Shown: in pieces, positions 1 through 10,453 of the stretch
Position numbering within the stretch: position 1 is the first letter of the stretch
Layout of the letters: each line of letters starts with the position of its first letter
From: an uncultured Gammaproteobacteria bacterium
GTDB taxonomy: Bacteria; Patescibacteriota; Patescibacteriia; UBA2196; GWA2-42-15
Direction: 5' to 3'
Assembly: GCA_964573135.1 (NCBI GenBank)
Contig: CAZNIO010000001.1
Span: forward strand, 28,612-92,611
DNA length: 64,000 nt
Position numbers and translations under genes: made by a program
The notes under the pieces: generated by a model
Databases searched by the model: none
Told to the model about the DNA's origin: nothing
The model's input: the letters and a program-made list of their open reading frames with translations, nothing else

Positions 1-476
1 TTTTATCCTTAGCCACTCCCATCTCGCTTACCAACTCACCTGTGTGCTTACTATTCACCGTTACGTATTTGGCATTTTGCAAAATCTTTCTAGCTAATTT
101 TTTCTTTCTGCTCTTCTTCTGCGCCTGTAAAATATCCTTGCCATGACATGATACAATATATGGGATTTTAAAAAATTTTGATAAAAAATATATTACCGTG
201 CCTGTGGGCAAAACTTCACCTGCCCACAACACCTTAACCTTCTCATTTCTAATAACCTTGTATGCATAAAAAAATATTGGCAACCACCTGGGCCAAATCA
301 CTCTACTCAATATTTTTTTTCTGACCAACTTAAAATCAAACTTACTATCTCCCTCCGTCATGTTTGTCAAAACTACTACATCTTTACCCAAACCTTTACA
401 TAAATTTAAATAATAATTAGCCACCCCGCCAGTTTTAGGATAAAAATCTAATGTTATAAGTAGTATTTTTTTCATA
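1..476 (-). CDS. Glycosyltransferase family 4, N-terminal part. The gene runs off the window start.
   Basis: Hand translation of the minus strand from the ATG at 474-476 gives MKKILLITLDFYPKTGGVANYYLNL..., with no stop codon before position 1. It is absent from the ORF track because it is incomplete. This is a GT4-type N-terminal domain. Confidence 0.65.
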
Positions 477-481
477 TATTT

Positions 482-1939
482 TTAACCCCTTATCACAGAA
501 TTCCATACATCTACCACATCCTGCTTGTTTATCCCGCGCAAAATCCACAACACCAAAAAGTATACTATCGCCCCAATCGGCACCAGCCACAAAAAATACA
601 TCTGTGGCAACAGATAATATATAACTCCAGCCATAACCAGGCTAGCTACAAGAATTTTACTAAAGCCTTTGACTAAATACCACCTGCTATAATCCACGAT
701 TTTTGGTACAAAATGCATACCCAAAAGAAACAAAACCACAGTACTGGCTAAAGACGCCACGGCCGCTCCCACATAGGTATACTGTGGAATTAAAATAATA
801 TTTAATACCACATTCACTAATACAGCAATCCCCATATTAATAGTATTAGTCACCTGCTTATTACACGCATTTAATAAATAACCCACCGGGAAGTTTATAA
901 ACAAAAAGAAAAGTCCTATCATTAAAATCCTTAAAGGCAATACTGAATTTAAATAACTATCTGTATAAATTGTCAAGATAGCCGGACGTGCCAACATTAT
1001 AATCCCTACAGAAATCGGCACGCTAATCGTCATTAAATAATGCATAGCTTTTTCAAAGGTAGCTCTTAACTTTTCTTTGTTTGATACAAAGTATTCACTC
1101 ATCGCCGGAAAGAGCGCTGCCATGAAGGCCATCGGTAAAAACTGCAAAGCCAAAGTAATTTTAACCGGAATACTATACCAACCCACATATGCATCCCCCG
1201 CCAAAGTGGACAGAAGCACTGTATCCAGTGTAGTATACACTCGGCTAAATATTCCCATTAAAGCAAAGGGCACGCCAATCCTAAATAATACTTTGAGCAC
1301 GCTTGGCTCATAGCGTGGCATAATGCTTAGCTTCAACTTCTTTTTAAGTACTATAATACTAAAAACAAAGCTAAATAAGCTGCCGCACAAAAGAGCAGCT
1401 ATTAAAAACTTTAGCCCTAGTCCTAAAAAAAGTACCAAACCGCCTAAAATAACTGTGATAAACTGCAAACCAACTACTCCCATACTCTCAAACTTCAACT
1501 GCTGGTGTCCACGCATCACCGCCCAAAAACTCAAAACAAAAGAATCTAAAAACATAATAATCCCAGAAATATATACCAACTGCCTGGTAATTGGCGGATA
1601 ACCCAAAATATTTATCATACCCACCACTAATAAGTAGACTACCAACGCCAAAGGAATCTTAAGAGCTAAAATATTTGATAAATATTTTTGCGTTTTCTCT
1701 TTTACCTTAGCTATTTCACGTGTTAAAACAGGCGATAAGCCAAGATCAATAAAAATAGCAAACAAAGTGGTAAAAGATAAAGCAAAAGTATACTTACCAG
1801 TATCTTCAACTCCCACAAAACGAGCTATCAGAGAAAAATATATAAATGCCAAAATCTTCTGCAATATTAACGCAGAAGTATAGTAAGTTGTATTGCGTGC
1901 TACAGAATCACGGTTTTGTCGCATATTTATTTCCACCAA
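482..1939 (-). CDS. Polysaccharide biosynthesis protein / oligosaccharide flippase (Wzx/MOP superfamily)
   Basis: 485-aa polytopic membrane protein with about 12-14 hydrophobic segments. It sits in a GT4-flippase-rfbB context. Its start overlaps rfbB. Confidence 0.6.
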   Translation of the reverse strand: MVEINMRQNRDSVARNTTYYTSALILQKILAFIYFSLIARFVGVEDTGKYTFALSFTTLFAIFIDLGLSPVLTREIAKVKEKTQKYLSNILALKIPLALVVYLLVVGMINILGYPPITRQLVYISGIIMFLDSFVLSFWAVMRGHQQLKFESMGVVGLQFITVILGGLVLFLGLGLKFLIAALLCGSLFSFVFSIIVLKKKLKLSIMPRYEPSVLKVLFRIGVPFALMGIFSRVYTTLDTVLLSTLAGDAYVGWYSIPVKITLALQFLPMAFMAALFPAMSEYFVSNKEKLRATFEKAMHYLMTISVPISVGIIMLARPAILTIYTDSYLNSVLPLRILMIGLFFLFINFPVGYLLNACNKQVTNTINMGIAVLVNVVLNIILIPQYTYVGAAVASLASTVVLFLLGMHFVPKIVDYSRWYLVKGFSKILVASLVMAGVIYYLLPQMYFLWLVPIGAIVYFLVLWILRGINKQDVVDVWNSVIRG

Positions 1940-2886
1940 TTTATATTATCCTCGTACCACTTAACAGTCTTAATCAAATATTCATCTAAACCAAATTTTG
2001 GCATGTAACTCAGTTCATTTTTAATCTTGCACCAATCTACCGCGTACCTTCTATCATGCCCCGGTCTATCTTTAGCATATTCCATACAGCTTTCATCTTT
2101 GCCCAAAATTTTAATAATCTTTTTAACAATTTCTAAATTGTTCACATCTTCCGTCATACCTCCCACGCAATATGTCTCCCCTATCTTGCCTTTCTCTAAA
2201 ATCAAATCAATTGCCAGGCAATGATCATCTACATATAGCCAATCACGCACATGTAGCCCGTCCCCATAAATTTGAGCCTTTTTTCCTTCTAATATGTTGG
2301 TTATAACTCTGGGTATAAACTTCTCTCTATGCTGATATGGCCCATAATTATTTGCACAATTAGAAATCGTGATTGGCAATCCATATGTTTTAAAATATGC
2401 CCGCACTAAATGATCAGAGCCAGCTTTTGAAGCCGAGTAAGGAGAATTTGGTTTATACACGGTATTCTCATCAAATTTTTCTTTTGTATCTAAAGCTAGA
2501 GAACCAAATACCTCATCAGTTGATACATGCTGAAATCTCTTTACCTTATTCTTCAAAGCTGACTTTAATAATACATGCGTACCCACCACATTCGTTTGAA
2601 CAAATACATCTGGTCCTGCAATCGAATTATCTACATGACTTTCTGCTGCAAAATGTACCACACTATCAATTCCTTTCATAACCTTATCTACCAGCTTACT
2701 ATCACAAATATCTCCTTTAATAAATTCATAATTTTTATTACTCTCAATATCTTTTAAATTCTCCAGATTCCCTGCATAAGTTAATTTATCCAAATTCAAA
2801 ATCTGATCATCTGCATGATGCTTTAAGAGGTAACGGATAAAATTTGATCCAATAAACCCAGCTCCGCCAGTTACTAATATTTTCAT
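1927..2886 (-). CDS. rfbB: dTDP-glucose 4,6-dehydratase
   Basis: N-terminal MKILVTGGAGFIGSNF Rossmann motif. Extended SDR with a YxxxK catalytic region (YSASKAGSDHLVRAY). Length 319 aa. Confidence 0.85.
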   Translation of the reverse strand: MKILVTGGAGFIGSNFIRYLLKHHADDQILNLDKLTYAGNLENLKDIESNKNYEFIKGDICDSKLVDKVMKGIDSVVHFAAESHVDNSIAGPDVFVQTNVVGTHVLLKSALKNKVKRFQHVSTDEVFGSLALDTKEKFDENTVYKPNSPYSASKAGSDHLVRAYFKTYGLPITISNCANNYGPYQHREKFIPRVITNILEGKKAQIYGDGLHVRDWLYVDDHCLAIDLILEKGKIGETYCVGGMTEDVNNLEIVKKIIKILGKDESCMEYAKDRPGHDRRYAVDWCKIKNELSYMPKFGLDEYLIKTVKWYEDNINWWK

Positions 2887-2892
2887 AAAAAT

Positions 2893-4152
2893 TTATGTTC
2901 CAATCTCCCAACTACTTAAATACTTCTTTTGCTCATTAGTTAATTTATCAATGGCTATTCCCATGCTTTTAAGTTTAAGCAATGCCACATTCTTATCAAT
3001 CCTCGCAGGCACATCATACACCTGCTTATCCATTTTCATATAATTTCCAACAATATGTTCTGCGCATAAGGCCTGATTAGCAAAACTCATATCCATCACA
3101 CTGGCTGGATGCCCCTCTGCTCCAGCTAAATTAATTAATCTGCCCTGCGCCAATAAATATATTTTTTTGTTATTTGATAAAACATATTCGTCAACCAACG
3201 GTTTTGCTTCTCTTTTGCTTTTGGCCATCTTGCTCAATGCAGCCACATTAATCTCTACATCAAAATGTCCTGAATTACATATAACTACCCCTGATTTCAT
3301 TAATTTAAAATGATGTTTATCAATCACATGAATATCCCCTGTTAGGGTAATAAATAAATCTCCTAAAGCAGCCGCCTTGGTCATGGACATTACCTGAAAT
3401 CCGTCCATTACCGCCTCAAGCGCCTTAACTTCATCAACTTCTGTCACAATTACCTTAGATCCCATCCCCCGCGCCTTCATGGCTACGCCACGCCCACACC
3501 AGCCGTATCCTGCTACCACAACATTTTTACCTGCTAATAGCATGTCAGTTAAACGTATAATACCATCCAAGGTACTCTGCCCCGTGCCATAGCGATTATC
3601 GAAAAAATGCTTTGTCATCGCATCATTAACTGCCACAATAGGATATTCGAGCTTGCCTTCTTCGGCCAAAGCCTTCAAACGAATAACACCCGTTGTCGTT
3701 TCCTCTGTACCACCAATTATCCGTGCCATATCCTTCTTTCTTTTAGAGTGTAATAGAGATACAATATCTGCCCCGTCATCCATGGTCACTTGTGGCTTAA
3801 AATCAATCGCCTGGTTTAGATGTTTATAATATGTCTTTCTGTCCTCTGCGTTTATAGCAAAAACCGAAATCCCAAAATCTTTAACTAACGACGCAGCCAC
3901 ATCATCTTGAGTAGATAAAGGGTTTGAGGCGCACAGCACAACTTCAGCTCCTCCAGCTTTTAAGGTGCGCATCAAATTAGCAGTTTCTGCTGTTACGTGT
4001 AAACAAGCTGCCATCTTTATTCCCTTCAACGGTTTTTTCTTAGTAAAATCATCCCTAATTCCCTGCAAAACTTCCATGTCTTTATCTGCCCATAAAATAC
4101 GCTTTTTGCCTTTAGCAGCTAACTTAATATTTTTCACATCATGTTTTATCAT
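2893..4152 (-). CDS. ahcY: Adenosylhomocysteinase
   Basis: 419 aa. NAD-binding GYGWCGRGVAMKARGMGSKVIVTEVD motif. Overall AhcY architecture. Confidence 0.85.
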   Translation of the reverse strand: MIKHDVKNIKLAAKGKKRILWADKDMEVLQGIRDDFTKKKPLKGIKMAACLHVTAETANLMRTLKAGGAEVVLCASNPLSTQDDVAASLVKDFGISVFAINAEDRKTYYKHLNQAIDFKPQVTMDDGADIVSLLHSKRKKDMARIIGGTEETTTGVIRLKALAEEGKLEYPIVAVNDAMTKHFFDNRYGTGQSTLDGIIRLTDMLLAGKNVVVAGYGWCGRGVAMKARGMGSKVIVTEVDEVKALEAVMDGFQVMSMTKAAALGDLFITLTGDIHVIDKHHFKLMKSGVVICNSGHFDVEINVAALSKMAKSKREAKPLVDEYVLSNNKKIYLLAQGRLINLAGAEGHPASVMDMSFANQALCAEHIVGNYMKMDKQVYDVPARIDKNVALLKLKSMGIAIDKLTNEQKKYLSSWEIGT

Positions 4153-4170
4153 AATTTTTTTTAAAAATAA

Positions 4171-4578
4171 TTAATTAATTTTATTACGAATTTTATTCGC
4201 CATTTCCGTTTGTTCCCCATCTTCATATTTCTTATTCGGCCAGCCAGACAAGCCATCGCCTTGATATCTTGGTATCACATGTATATGAGTATGAAATATT
4301 ATCTGGCCAGCAGCCTCTCCATTATTTAACCCAAAATTAATACCATCAGCATTAGTTTCCTCCTTGACTGCTATCGCAACTTTTTTAGCTATCACAAGTA
4401 GCTCTCGAGCTAGCTCATCAGGAGTTGCAATTAAATTCTCATAATGCTCTTTTGGAATAATCAAAGTATGACCTTTGTTCACCGGAGAAATATCAAGAAA
4501 AGCCAAAAATTTATCATCTTCATATATCTTATCTGATGGTAACTCTCCATTAATAATTTTACAAAATACACAATCCAT
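4171..4578 (-). CDS. HIT-family (histidine triad) hydrolase
   Basis: HTHIHVIP histidine-triad motif. 135 aa. Confidence 0.8.
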   Translation of the reverse strand: MDCVFCKIINGELPSDKIYEDDKFLAFLDISPVNKGHTLIIPKEHYENLIATPDELARELLVIAKKVAIAVKEETNADGINFGLNNGEAAGQIIFHTHIHVIPRYQGDGLSGWPNKKYEDGEQTEMANKIRNKIN

Positions 4579-4599
4579 AAATTTAAATTTAACTTCTAA

Positions 4600-5079
4600 C
4601 TAATATTTATCCCAATTAAAATTAATTGATTTATCATTATATGCCATTCTCTCTTCGTCTGGATTCTCTTTATTATACACTTCAGTTGTATGGTAAAAAA
4701 GCAACACTGGCTCATCTGATATTACCTTATACCCATGCGCAACTCCAACCGGAATACTGATCAATTTATAATCCCCTTCCCCTGCTTCAATCACTTGGGT
4801 TTCCTTATATGTCTTCGAGCCCTCTCGCAAATCATGTAAAACCACAACCGCTTTGCCCGTAGCAAAAAACCAATGATCATCTTGTTTCTTATGATAATGG
4901 AATGCCTTGACTGTCCCTTTGTGAGCTATGGTAAAAATGGTTTGACCAAACTTTTCTAGCAATCCTTCATCAGATCGCAAAACCTCCATCAAAATACCCG
5001 GCTCTTTAACTATCTCTTCGCCTTCATTAAATACATCCTTGTGTACTTTTAATTCTTTAATTTTTACTCCATCTATCAT
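4600..5079 (-). CDS. Cupin-fold dTDP-sugar epimerase/isomerase (RmlC/FdtA-like)
   Basis: 159 aa with a His-rich cupin core (FHYHKKQDDHWF). It is next to rfbB. The exact activity is uncertain. Confidence 0.45.
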   Translation of the reverse strand: MIDGVKIKELKVHKDVFNEGEEIVKEPGILMEVLRSDEGLLEKFGQTIFTIAHKGTVKAFHYHKKQDDHWFFATGKAVVVLHDLREGSKTYKETQVIEAGEGDYKLISIPVGVAHGYKVISDEPVLLFYHTTEVYNKENPDEERMAYNDKSINFNWDKY

Positions 5080-5082
5080 ATA

Positions 5083-5937
5083 TTATTCTTTGGTAAATAC
5101 AACATAATTTTTATCAATGCTCTCTTCATCTCCAAAATCACGTTCGGGATTTAATAGGGAGACACCTCTATATCCCTTCTCTAACGCTTGTTTTATGACC
5201 TCTCCATCATCCGGATCAATTAATACCTCCTTCTCCCCAAACTCTCCATTGAATTTCTGTATACTGCCACTTCTAACTTGTTCTGTCCAGTCAGCTGATT
5301 GGCTTTCCTGATCAAATTTTTTACGAAACCTATATGAATATTTAATCGCCTCGTCCGTCTCATCGTTCACTCCTTCAAGCACGTAATCATTCTTATTCAT
5401 GCGGAAACGCATACTTGCAGGATTATTACGATCAATGTCAGTTATAATCGAACTCTTACCAGCTTCTCTGGCTGCCCTCTCCTGTTCTTGCGCTAACCTC
5501 AAGGCAGTCTCGCCACTTCTTTTATCCTTTGCGATAAACGTTCCCGCTGCAAAAGCTTCATTATTTTGAATATCTTTTTCCATTGTCTCTGTGCCGCCTG
5601 GCGCATTCTCTAAAACCACCACGCTTGTGCCGATTAACTCTTCCCCCTCTTTGGCCGTAAAAACTTTCAACTGCCCATTCTCCATCTGGCCTTGCCGGAA
5701 TTTAGCCTGCCCATCAATAGTCCCCCCTTCGCGAAGTTTAGAAAAACTATTATCCACTTCAAACTTATAATACTCAGCGATATCGTTCAAATTTTCTGGA
5801 TCAATCTCGCTTATATTCACTTGTTTTTGTCCCTGCTCATGAATCTCATGACCGGGATCGCCATATGGATTATCAACATTCATATATGCTTTTGAGCCTT
5901 TAAAATTGATGTTAACACACCAAAAATCATTATCCAA
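5083..5937 (-). CDS. Hypothetical protein (acidic, no TM)
   Basis: 284-aa ORF. No motif recognised. Confidence 0.4.
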   Translation of the reverse strand: MDNDFWCVNINFKGSKAYMNVDNPYGDPGHEIHEQGQKQVNISEIDPENLNDIAEYYKFEVDNSFSKLREGGTIDGQAKFRQGQMENGQLKVFTAKEGEELIGTSVVVLENAPGGTETMEKDIQNNEAFAAGTFIAKDKRSGETALRLAQEQERAAREAGKSSIITDIDRNNPASMRFRMNKNDYVLEGVNDETDEAIKYSYRFRKKFDQESQSADWTEQVRSGSIQKFNGEFGEKEVLIDPDDGEVIKQALEKGYRGVSLLNPERDFGDEESIDKNYVVFTKE

Positions 5938-6067
5938 ATTAAAAACAAATTAAGGTCGAAATAATTAGAAATCAGACCCTCTTTAAGTAATTCTAACACA
6001 AAATATACTATATATGTAATCAGGGAAATATATAGGATATCTGGTACCAATTTTTGAATAAATTTCT

Positions 6068-6646
6068 TCATAATCTAAATAAACTTTTAAAACGCGTTAA
6101 AAAATTGTCCTTACTCAAAGGCTCTTTAATGAACTCAATTTCTATTCTATTAAATTCAATTTTCTCATTCATCTCATCTAACCCAGCAGATGAGATCAAA
6201 AATCTCATACGGCTATTATCCAGCCCAATATATGCCAAATCATATTCTGTTGTACCCATCATCCATCCATTATCCTCTTTTGTATATTCAATATCTTGCA
6301 ACAGCCATTTCCATTGGTTGTTATTAAACCTAGGGCCAATTTTAAATAAAACCTCTTCATTTTTCCTATACCACACCCTTAACTTAGCTTTTGAAAAACT
6401 CTGTGGTAAACGCACATCAAAATACACCGGATCAATCACCATTTCCTGGCTACATTCTCCCCTGTTCTTTTCTATCTCAAGCACTCTTCCCATCGGCGAA
6501 AACTTAGACACAAATGGATCTTCCTTGCAAAAATCATAATCCACTTTCAAAATTCCCTTAGGGCTAATATCTTTATAGACTAAACATCCTAGGGTTATAA
6601 TAGGGATTAAAATTAAAATTATTCGAATGTATTTATAATACTTCAT
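6068..6646 (-). CDS. Hypothetical membrane-anchored protein
   Basis: 192 aa with one N-terminal TM segment. Overlaps the upstream GT39-like gene by 4 nt (ATGA), so the two are probably translationally coupled. Confidence 0.45.
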   Translation of the reverse strand: MKYYKYIRIILILIPIITLGCLVYKDISPKGILKVDYDFCKEDPFVSKFSPMGRVLEIEKNRGECSQEMVIDPVYFDVRLPQSFSKAKLRVWYRKNEEVLFKIGPRFNNNQWKWLLQDIEYTKEDNGWMMGTTEYDLAYIGLDNSRMRFLISSAGLDEMNEKIEFNRIEIEFIKEPLSKDNFLTRFKSLFRL

Positions 6647-8286
6647 TTCAATTCAATAATATATATCCAATCACTTTTAAATACTTTCGCTCCTCGAACT
6701 ATCTTCATGCCCCTTGGCTCAAAATCTCTTTTAGATATAAAATCAACAATATCTTCCCCTGCAAAAGTATAGTAGTAGACATCCCGTAACTCCACCATGC
6801 GTCGTAAAGCCTCATAATCCTCGTCCACCGCTAACGCCGTAATTAATTTTTTCCTATCAGGAAAAAATATTTTATCAGCCTGCTTATACATCACAACCAC
6901 ATCCCCCTCTCGAGTAATCTCATTAACTAAATAAGACTTTGCTCTAGTCTCATCCAAATTACGCAATAGGAATAAACTTTCATCAGTTTTGCGTATAACT
7001 AAATTTAAGGTGGGCATACTTAATACCGCTATAAGCATGCCAGCCACTATCACCCTGTAAACCCCATAATATTTCAGTTTATCCCAAATCAATACCCTGC
7101 TTATCATATACACCAAGGTAGCTAAAAATGGCAGACACAACATATATATAGGTAAGAAGTAGCGTAAATACGAAGTGCCCAGAGATAAAGTATTTTGATC
7201 AATACGGTCAACTAGCCCCCAAGAACCATAGAATACTAATAAATATGCCATCAATACCAAGAAAAATGCAACATAAGTTATCCTTTTCTTATAATCAATT
7301 AAAATTAATTTTTTAGGTAATAAAATAAAAAGAAAGCCTCCAAGTATTGTCGGCAATGACCAATATGGCAAGAACTGATATAAATAATTAAAACCATTTA
7401 CTAAAATTGATTTTAAATCAAAACCAAACGGTGTAATTAAAATCCGAAATAATAACCCATTACTTATCATCTCCCCAACTCCACCTTCGGGAATTATCGC
7501 CCCATAACCAGCTGATATCACAGCACCATACAATATCTGATTACTGTACATCAACATTAAAGCTGGGATGTATAACCCACATAAAAACAAAATAAATCCA
7601 GGCCAATAAATTTTTTTAAAATTAAGAACAAACACGAAAAGAACGCTCAAGGCTAGCCATACAATTTCAGAAGTTCGAGTAACCACAGCCAGACCAATTA
7701 AAAACCCAGATAAGGCATAAACACCCAACTTAAACTTACCTCGATCCATCGCCCACAAAAGTAAATACACGCCAATTAAAAATAAACTTAAAAACAATAT
7801 ATTATGATACAGCCCTCGAGCGCTATAATATAGCCAAGGAGGTAGAAAAGATAACAGCACGGCAGAAATTAAAGCAATCTCCTTTCTCCCAAAAATTTGT
7901 TTTATTAATAAATAAAAAAAGATAATTCCCAAAACCCCAAATAAGGGAGTTAAATACGGAACTATCCATAAACCAAAAACTTTAGCTAAAAATCCATAAA
8001 TAAATATCATGCCCAAAAAACTACCTGGCACTATTTTACCCTCAACTGTGTTCAAACTACGTGCATGTACCAAGTTATTACCCACTCCATTTAATTCCTC
8101 AAAGTAATACAAACTTTCACCAGCAGCCATCCTCTCTATCCAAAAATAGTTGGCTGTTTCATCAGGCGAAGAAAACTTTGGATTGGGCTCTGCGCTAAGC
8201 AAATTAAAATTTGAGTAAATACAAAAAAAGACTACACAAAAAACTAACAAAAACAATATTTCTTTGTTTCTTTTAAGAAAATTCAT
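6643..8286 (-). CDS. GT39/GT83-like polytopic glycosyltransferase (PMT/ArnT-type, dolichyl/undecaprenyl-phosphate-sugar dependent)
   Basis: 547 aa. Many TM helices in the N-terminal two thirds, then a soluble C-terminal domain. This is the typical PMT/ArnT topology. Assignment by architecture only. Confidence 0.5.
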   Translation of the reverse strand: MNFLKRNKEILFLLVFCVVFFCIYSNFNLLSAEPNPKFSSPDETANYFWIERMAAGESLYYFEELNGVGNNLVHARSLNTVEGKIVPGSFLGMIFIYGFLAKVFGLWIVPYLTPLFGVLGIIFFYLLIKQIFGRKEIALISAVLLSFLPPWLYYSARGLYHNILFLSLFLIGVYLLLWAMDRGKFKLGVYALSGFLIGLAVVTRTSEIVWLALSVLFVFVLNFKKIYWPGFILFLCGLYIPALMLMYSNQILYGAVISAGYGAIIPEGGVGEMISNGLLFRILITPFGFDLKSILVNGFNYLYQFLPYWSLPTILGGFLFILLPKKLILIDYKKRITYVAFFLVLMAYLLVFYGSWGLVDRIDQNTLSLGTSYLRYFLPIYMLCLPFLATLVYMISRVLIWDKLKYYGVYRVIVAGMLIAVLSMPTLNLVIRKTDESLFLLRNLDETRAKSYLVNEITREGDVVVMYKQADKIFFPDRKKLITALAVDEDYEALRRMVELRDVYYYTFAGEDIVDFISKRDFEPRGMKIVRGAKVFKSDWIYIIELK

Positions 8287-8430
8287 ATAATCTTATCTTA
8301 CCAATTTTGGGGTAAAATTCAAGCCCACATAAATAAAAAATTGACACTATCACATAAATTTCATAAAATAAACTTAGTATTCACAAAAACTAATAATAAA
8401 TAAAAACTCACAAAATCAGGAGACGGAAAA

Positions 8431-9132
8431 ATGAGCACACATGTCAACGCACAACTAGGCGATATTGCCAAAACAGTATTACTACCAGGCGACCCACTGC
8501 GAGCAAAACACATAGCCGATACATTCTTATCACAAGTTGAACCCTATAACACTGTTCGAAACATGTTAGGGTTTACCGGCATTACGCCTCAAAAGGAAAA
8601 AATCTCAGTACAGGGGTCTGGTATGGGTATGCCATCCCTAGCTATTTACGTAAATGAACTAATAAACAATTTTGGTGTCAACCGAATAATACGGCTTGGC
8701 AGCTGTGGCGGATTACAGGAACACACCGAATTAAGAGACATAATCATAGCAGTAGGATCTTGCTCCGACTCTGCTATGAATAATAGAATCTTTTATAATA
8801 TGAGTTTTGCGCCAATTGCAGACTTTGAATTACTCTACAAAGCCAAGCAAGTCGCGCAAGAACTCAACATTCCCGTACAGTTTGGAAATGTTCTAGCGAC
8901 AGATAACTTTTACGATGACGCTGAGCCACCTGGCTGGAAAATTTTTAGCGAATACGGAGTTTTGGCAATCGAGATGGAAACTGCTATCCTATACACCATA
9001 GCAGCCAAGAAAAAAATTCAGGCGCTGACAATTTTGACTGTCAGCGATAAATTAGTAACAGGCGAACAGCTTGACGCACAAGACCGCCAAGAATCCTTCA
9101 ATCAAATGGTGGAGATAGCTTTAGGGCTTTAG
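8431..9132 (+). CDS. deoD: Purine nucleoside phosphorylase, DeoD type
   Basis: MSTHVNAQLGDIAKTVLLPGDPLRAKHIADTFL aligns with the E. coli DeoD N-terminus. 233 aa. Confidence 0.85.
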   Translation: MSTHVNAQLGDIAKTVLLPGDPLRAKHIADTFLSQVEPYNTVRNMLGFTGITPQKEKISVQGSGMGMPSLAIYVNELINNFGVNRIIRLGSCGGLQEHTELRDIIIAVGSCSDSAMNNRIFYNMSFAPIADFELLYKAKQVAQELNIPVQFGNVLATDNFYDDAEPPGWKIFSEYGVLAIEMETAILYTIAAKKKIQALTILTVSDKLVTGEQLDAQDRQESFNQMVEIALGL

Positions 9133-9156
9133 GAGTTTAAAAGCAAATAAAGCACG

Positions 9157-9196
9157 AAATGGCATTCAGCAAAGAATTCTGAATGCCATTTTTTAT
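9157..9196 (+). terminator. Rho-independent terminator downstream of deoD
   Basis: Hairpin aatggcattcag...ctgaatgccatt followed by TTTTT. Confidence 0.6.
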
Positions 9197-9227
9197 ACAA
9201 AAATCCCTAAAAAAGTTAGGATGTAAA

Positions 9228-9257
9228 ATCAAAAACCCGTCTATTTTAGACGGGTTG
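9228..9257 (-). terminator. Rho-independent terminator downstream of rpsI (end of the ribosomal operon)
   Basis: Hairpin acccgtcta-tttt-agacgggt. On the minus strand it is followed by a U-run (A-run on plus). Confidence 0.6.
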
Positions 9258-9274
9258 AAATAAATAATAAATAA

Positions 9275-9721
9275 TTAACGCTTAGACCACTGTGGGGCAC
9301 GTCTAGCTCGTTTTAATCCGGGTTTCTTTCTTTCTTTTGATCTTGGGTCTCTTGTCAAAAAGCCTTCTGCGCGCAAAACTTTTTTAAATCCTTCATCTGA
9401 TTTAAGCAATGCTCTTGAAATACCTAAGCGGCATGCCTCAGATTGTGATCTTTGCCCACTACCTACAACCTTAATCCACACATCAAAATTACCTTCTTTG
9501 CCAACTACTTTAAAAGGTTCTTCTAAATTTAACTGCCAAGTAAAATATGGAAAAAATTCCTTATAATCCCTATCATTAATAACCACTTGACCTGAACCTT
9601 TGGCATATATTCTAACTCTTGCAGAAGCAGTCTTTCTTCGACCCACTGCATAAATATATTTACCAGAAAACTTTACTGGCTTATCTTTAGATTCTTCTTT
9701 TTTAACTTTTTCTTCTGCCAT
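9275..9721 (-). CDS. rpsI: 30S ribosomal protein S9
   Basis: C-terminus ...RRAPQWSKR and a GGGxxxQ-type core (VVGSGQRSQSEACRLGISRAL). Confidence 0.9.
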   Translation of the reverse strand: MAEEKVKKEESKDKPVKFSGKYIYAVGRRKTASARVRIYAKGSGQVVINDRDYKEFFPYFTWQLNLEEPFKVVGKEGNFDVWIKVVGSGQRSQSEACRLGISRALLKSDEGFKKVLRAEGFLTRDPRSKERKKPGLKRARRAPQWSKR

Positions 9722-9725
9722 ATAA

Positions 9726-10091
9726 TTATTTAATAGTTAATCTCTTCAACATATCATTACGCAACTTGTTGCCAGGCAACATGCCATAAACTGCTCTTCT
9801 CAGAACTTCAGCCATACCTTTTTGAGCCACTAAATCTTTCATTTTAGTTTCTTTCAATCCACCTGGATACATAGAATGACGGTAATACACCTTTTTATCC
9901 ATCTTATTACCAGTAATTTTCATCTTATCTACGTTTTCCACAACTACACTGTCGCCCTGATCTAGATATGGCGTAAAATTAACCTTATGTTTACCACGCA
10001 AAAGCTGGGCAATCTGACTTGCCAATCTGCCAGGCGCTTGATCGCTGGCATCCAATATATGTTCTTTTCTTTCTATATTCTTTTTAGTCAT
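9726..10091 (-). CDS. rplM: 50S ribosomal protein L13
   Basis: LGRLASQIAQLLRGKHK...GMLPGNKLR motifs. Confidence 0.9.
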   Translation of the reverse strand: MTKKNIERKEHILDASDQAPGRLASQIAQLLRGKHKVNFTPYLDQGDSVVVENVDKMKITGNKMDKKVYYRHSMYPGGLKETKMKDLVAQKGMAEVLRRAVYGMLPGNKLRNDMLKRLTIK

Positions 10092-10099
10092 AAAATTTA

Positions 10100-10450
10100 T
10101 TAAACAAATTCAATAGCACACATTCGAGCTCCATCTCCTTTACGCTCTCCAATTTTAATGATACGCAAATAACCGCCCTTTCTCTCCTTATACTTGGGGC
10201 CAATCACTTCTAGCATTTTATCCACTGCTCCTTTGGTCATCAAACGCTTCATTAATTCACGTCTAGAATGCAACGAATTAACCTTGGCTCGAGTTACAAG
10301 CTTTTCTACTTTAGGTCTTAAAAATTTAGCTTTAGCTTCAGTTGTTTTAATTTTCTCATGTAATACTAAAGACGTAGCTAAATTTTTAACTAAAGCCTTT
10401 CTTTGCTTATAATTCCTATCTAATGTTTTTTTAGTACTTCTGTGTCGCAT
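10100..10450 (-). CDS. rplQ: 50S ribosomal protein L17
   Basis: MRHRSTKKTLDRNYKQRKAL N-terminus and the L17 fold length (116 aa). Confidence 0.9.
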   Translation of the reverse strand: MRHRSTKKTLDRNYKQRKALVKNLATSLVLHEKIKTTEAKAKFLRPKVEKLVTRAKVNSLHSRRELMKRLMTKGAVDKMLEVIGPKYKERKGGYLRIIKIGERKGDGARMCAIEFV

Positions 10451-10453
10451 AAA

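Noticed and set aside
1077-1601. Plus-strand ORFs 1077..1313 and 1323..1601
   Set aside because: They lie entirely inside the minus-strand flippase gene on the opposite strand, have low-complexity translations and carry no motifs. Spurious.
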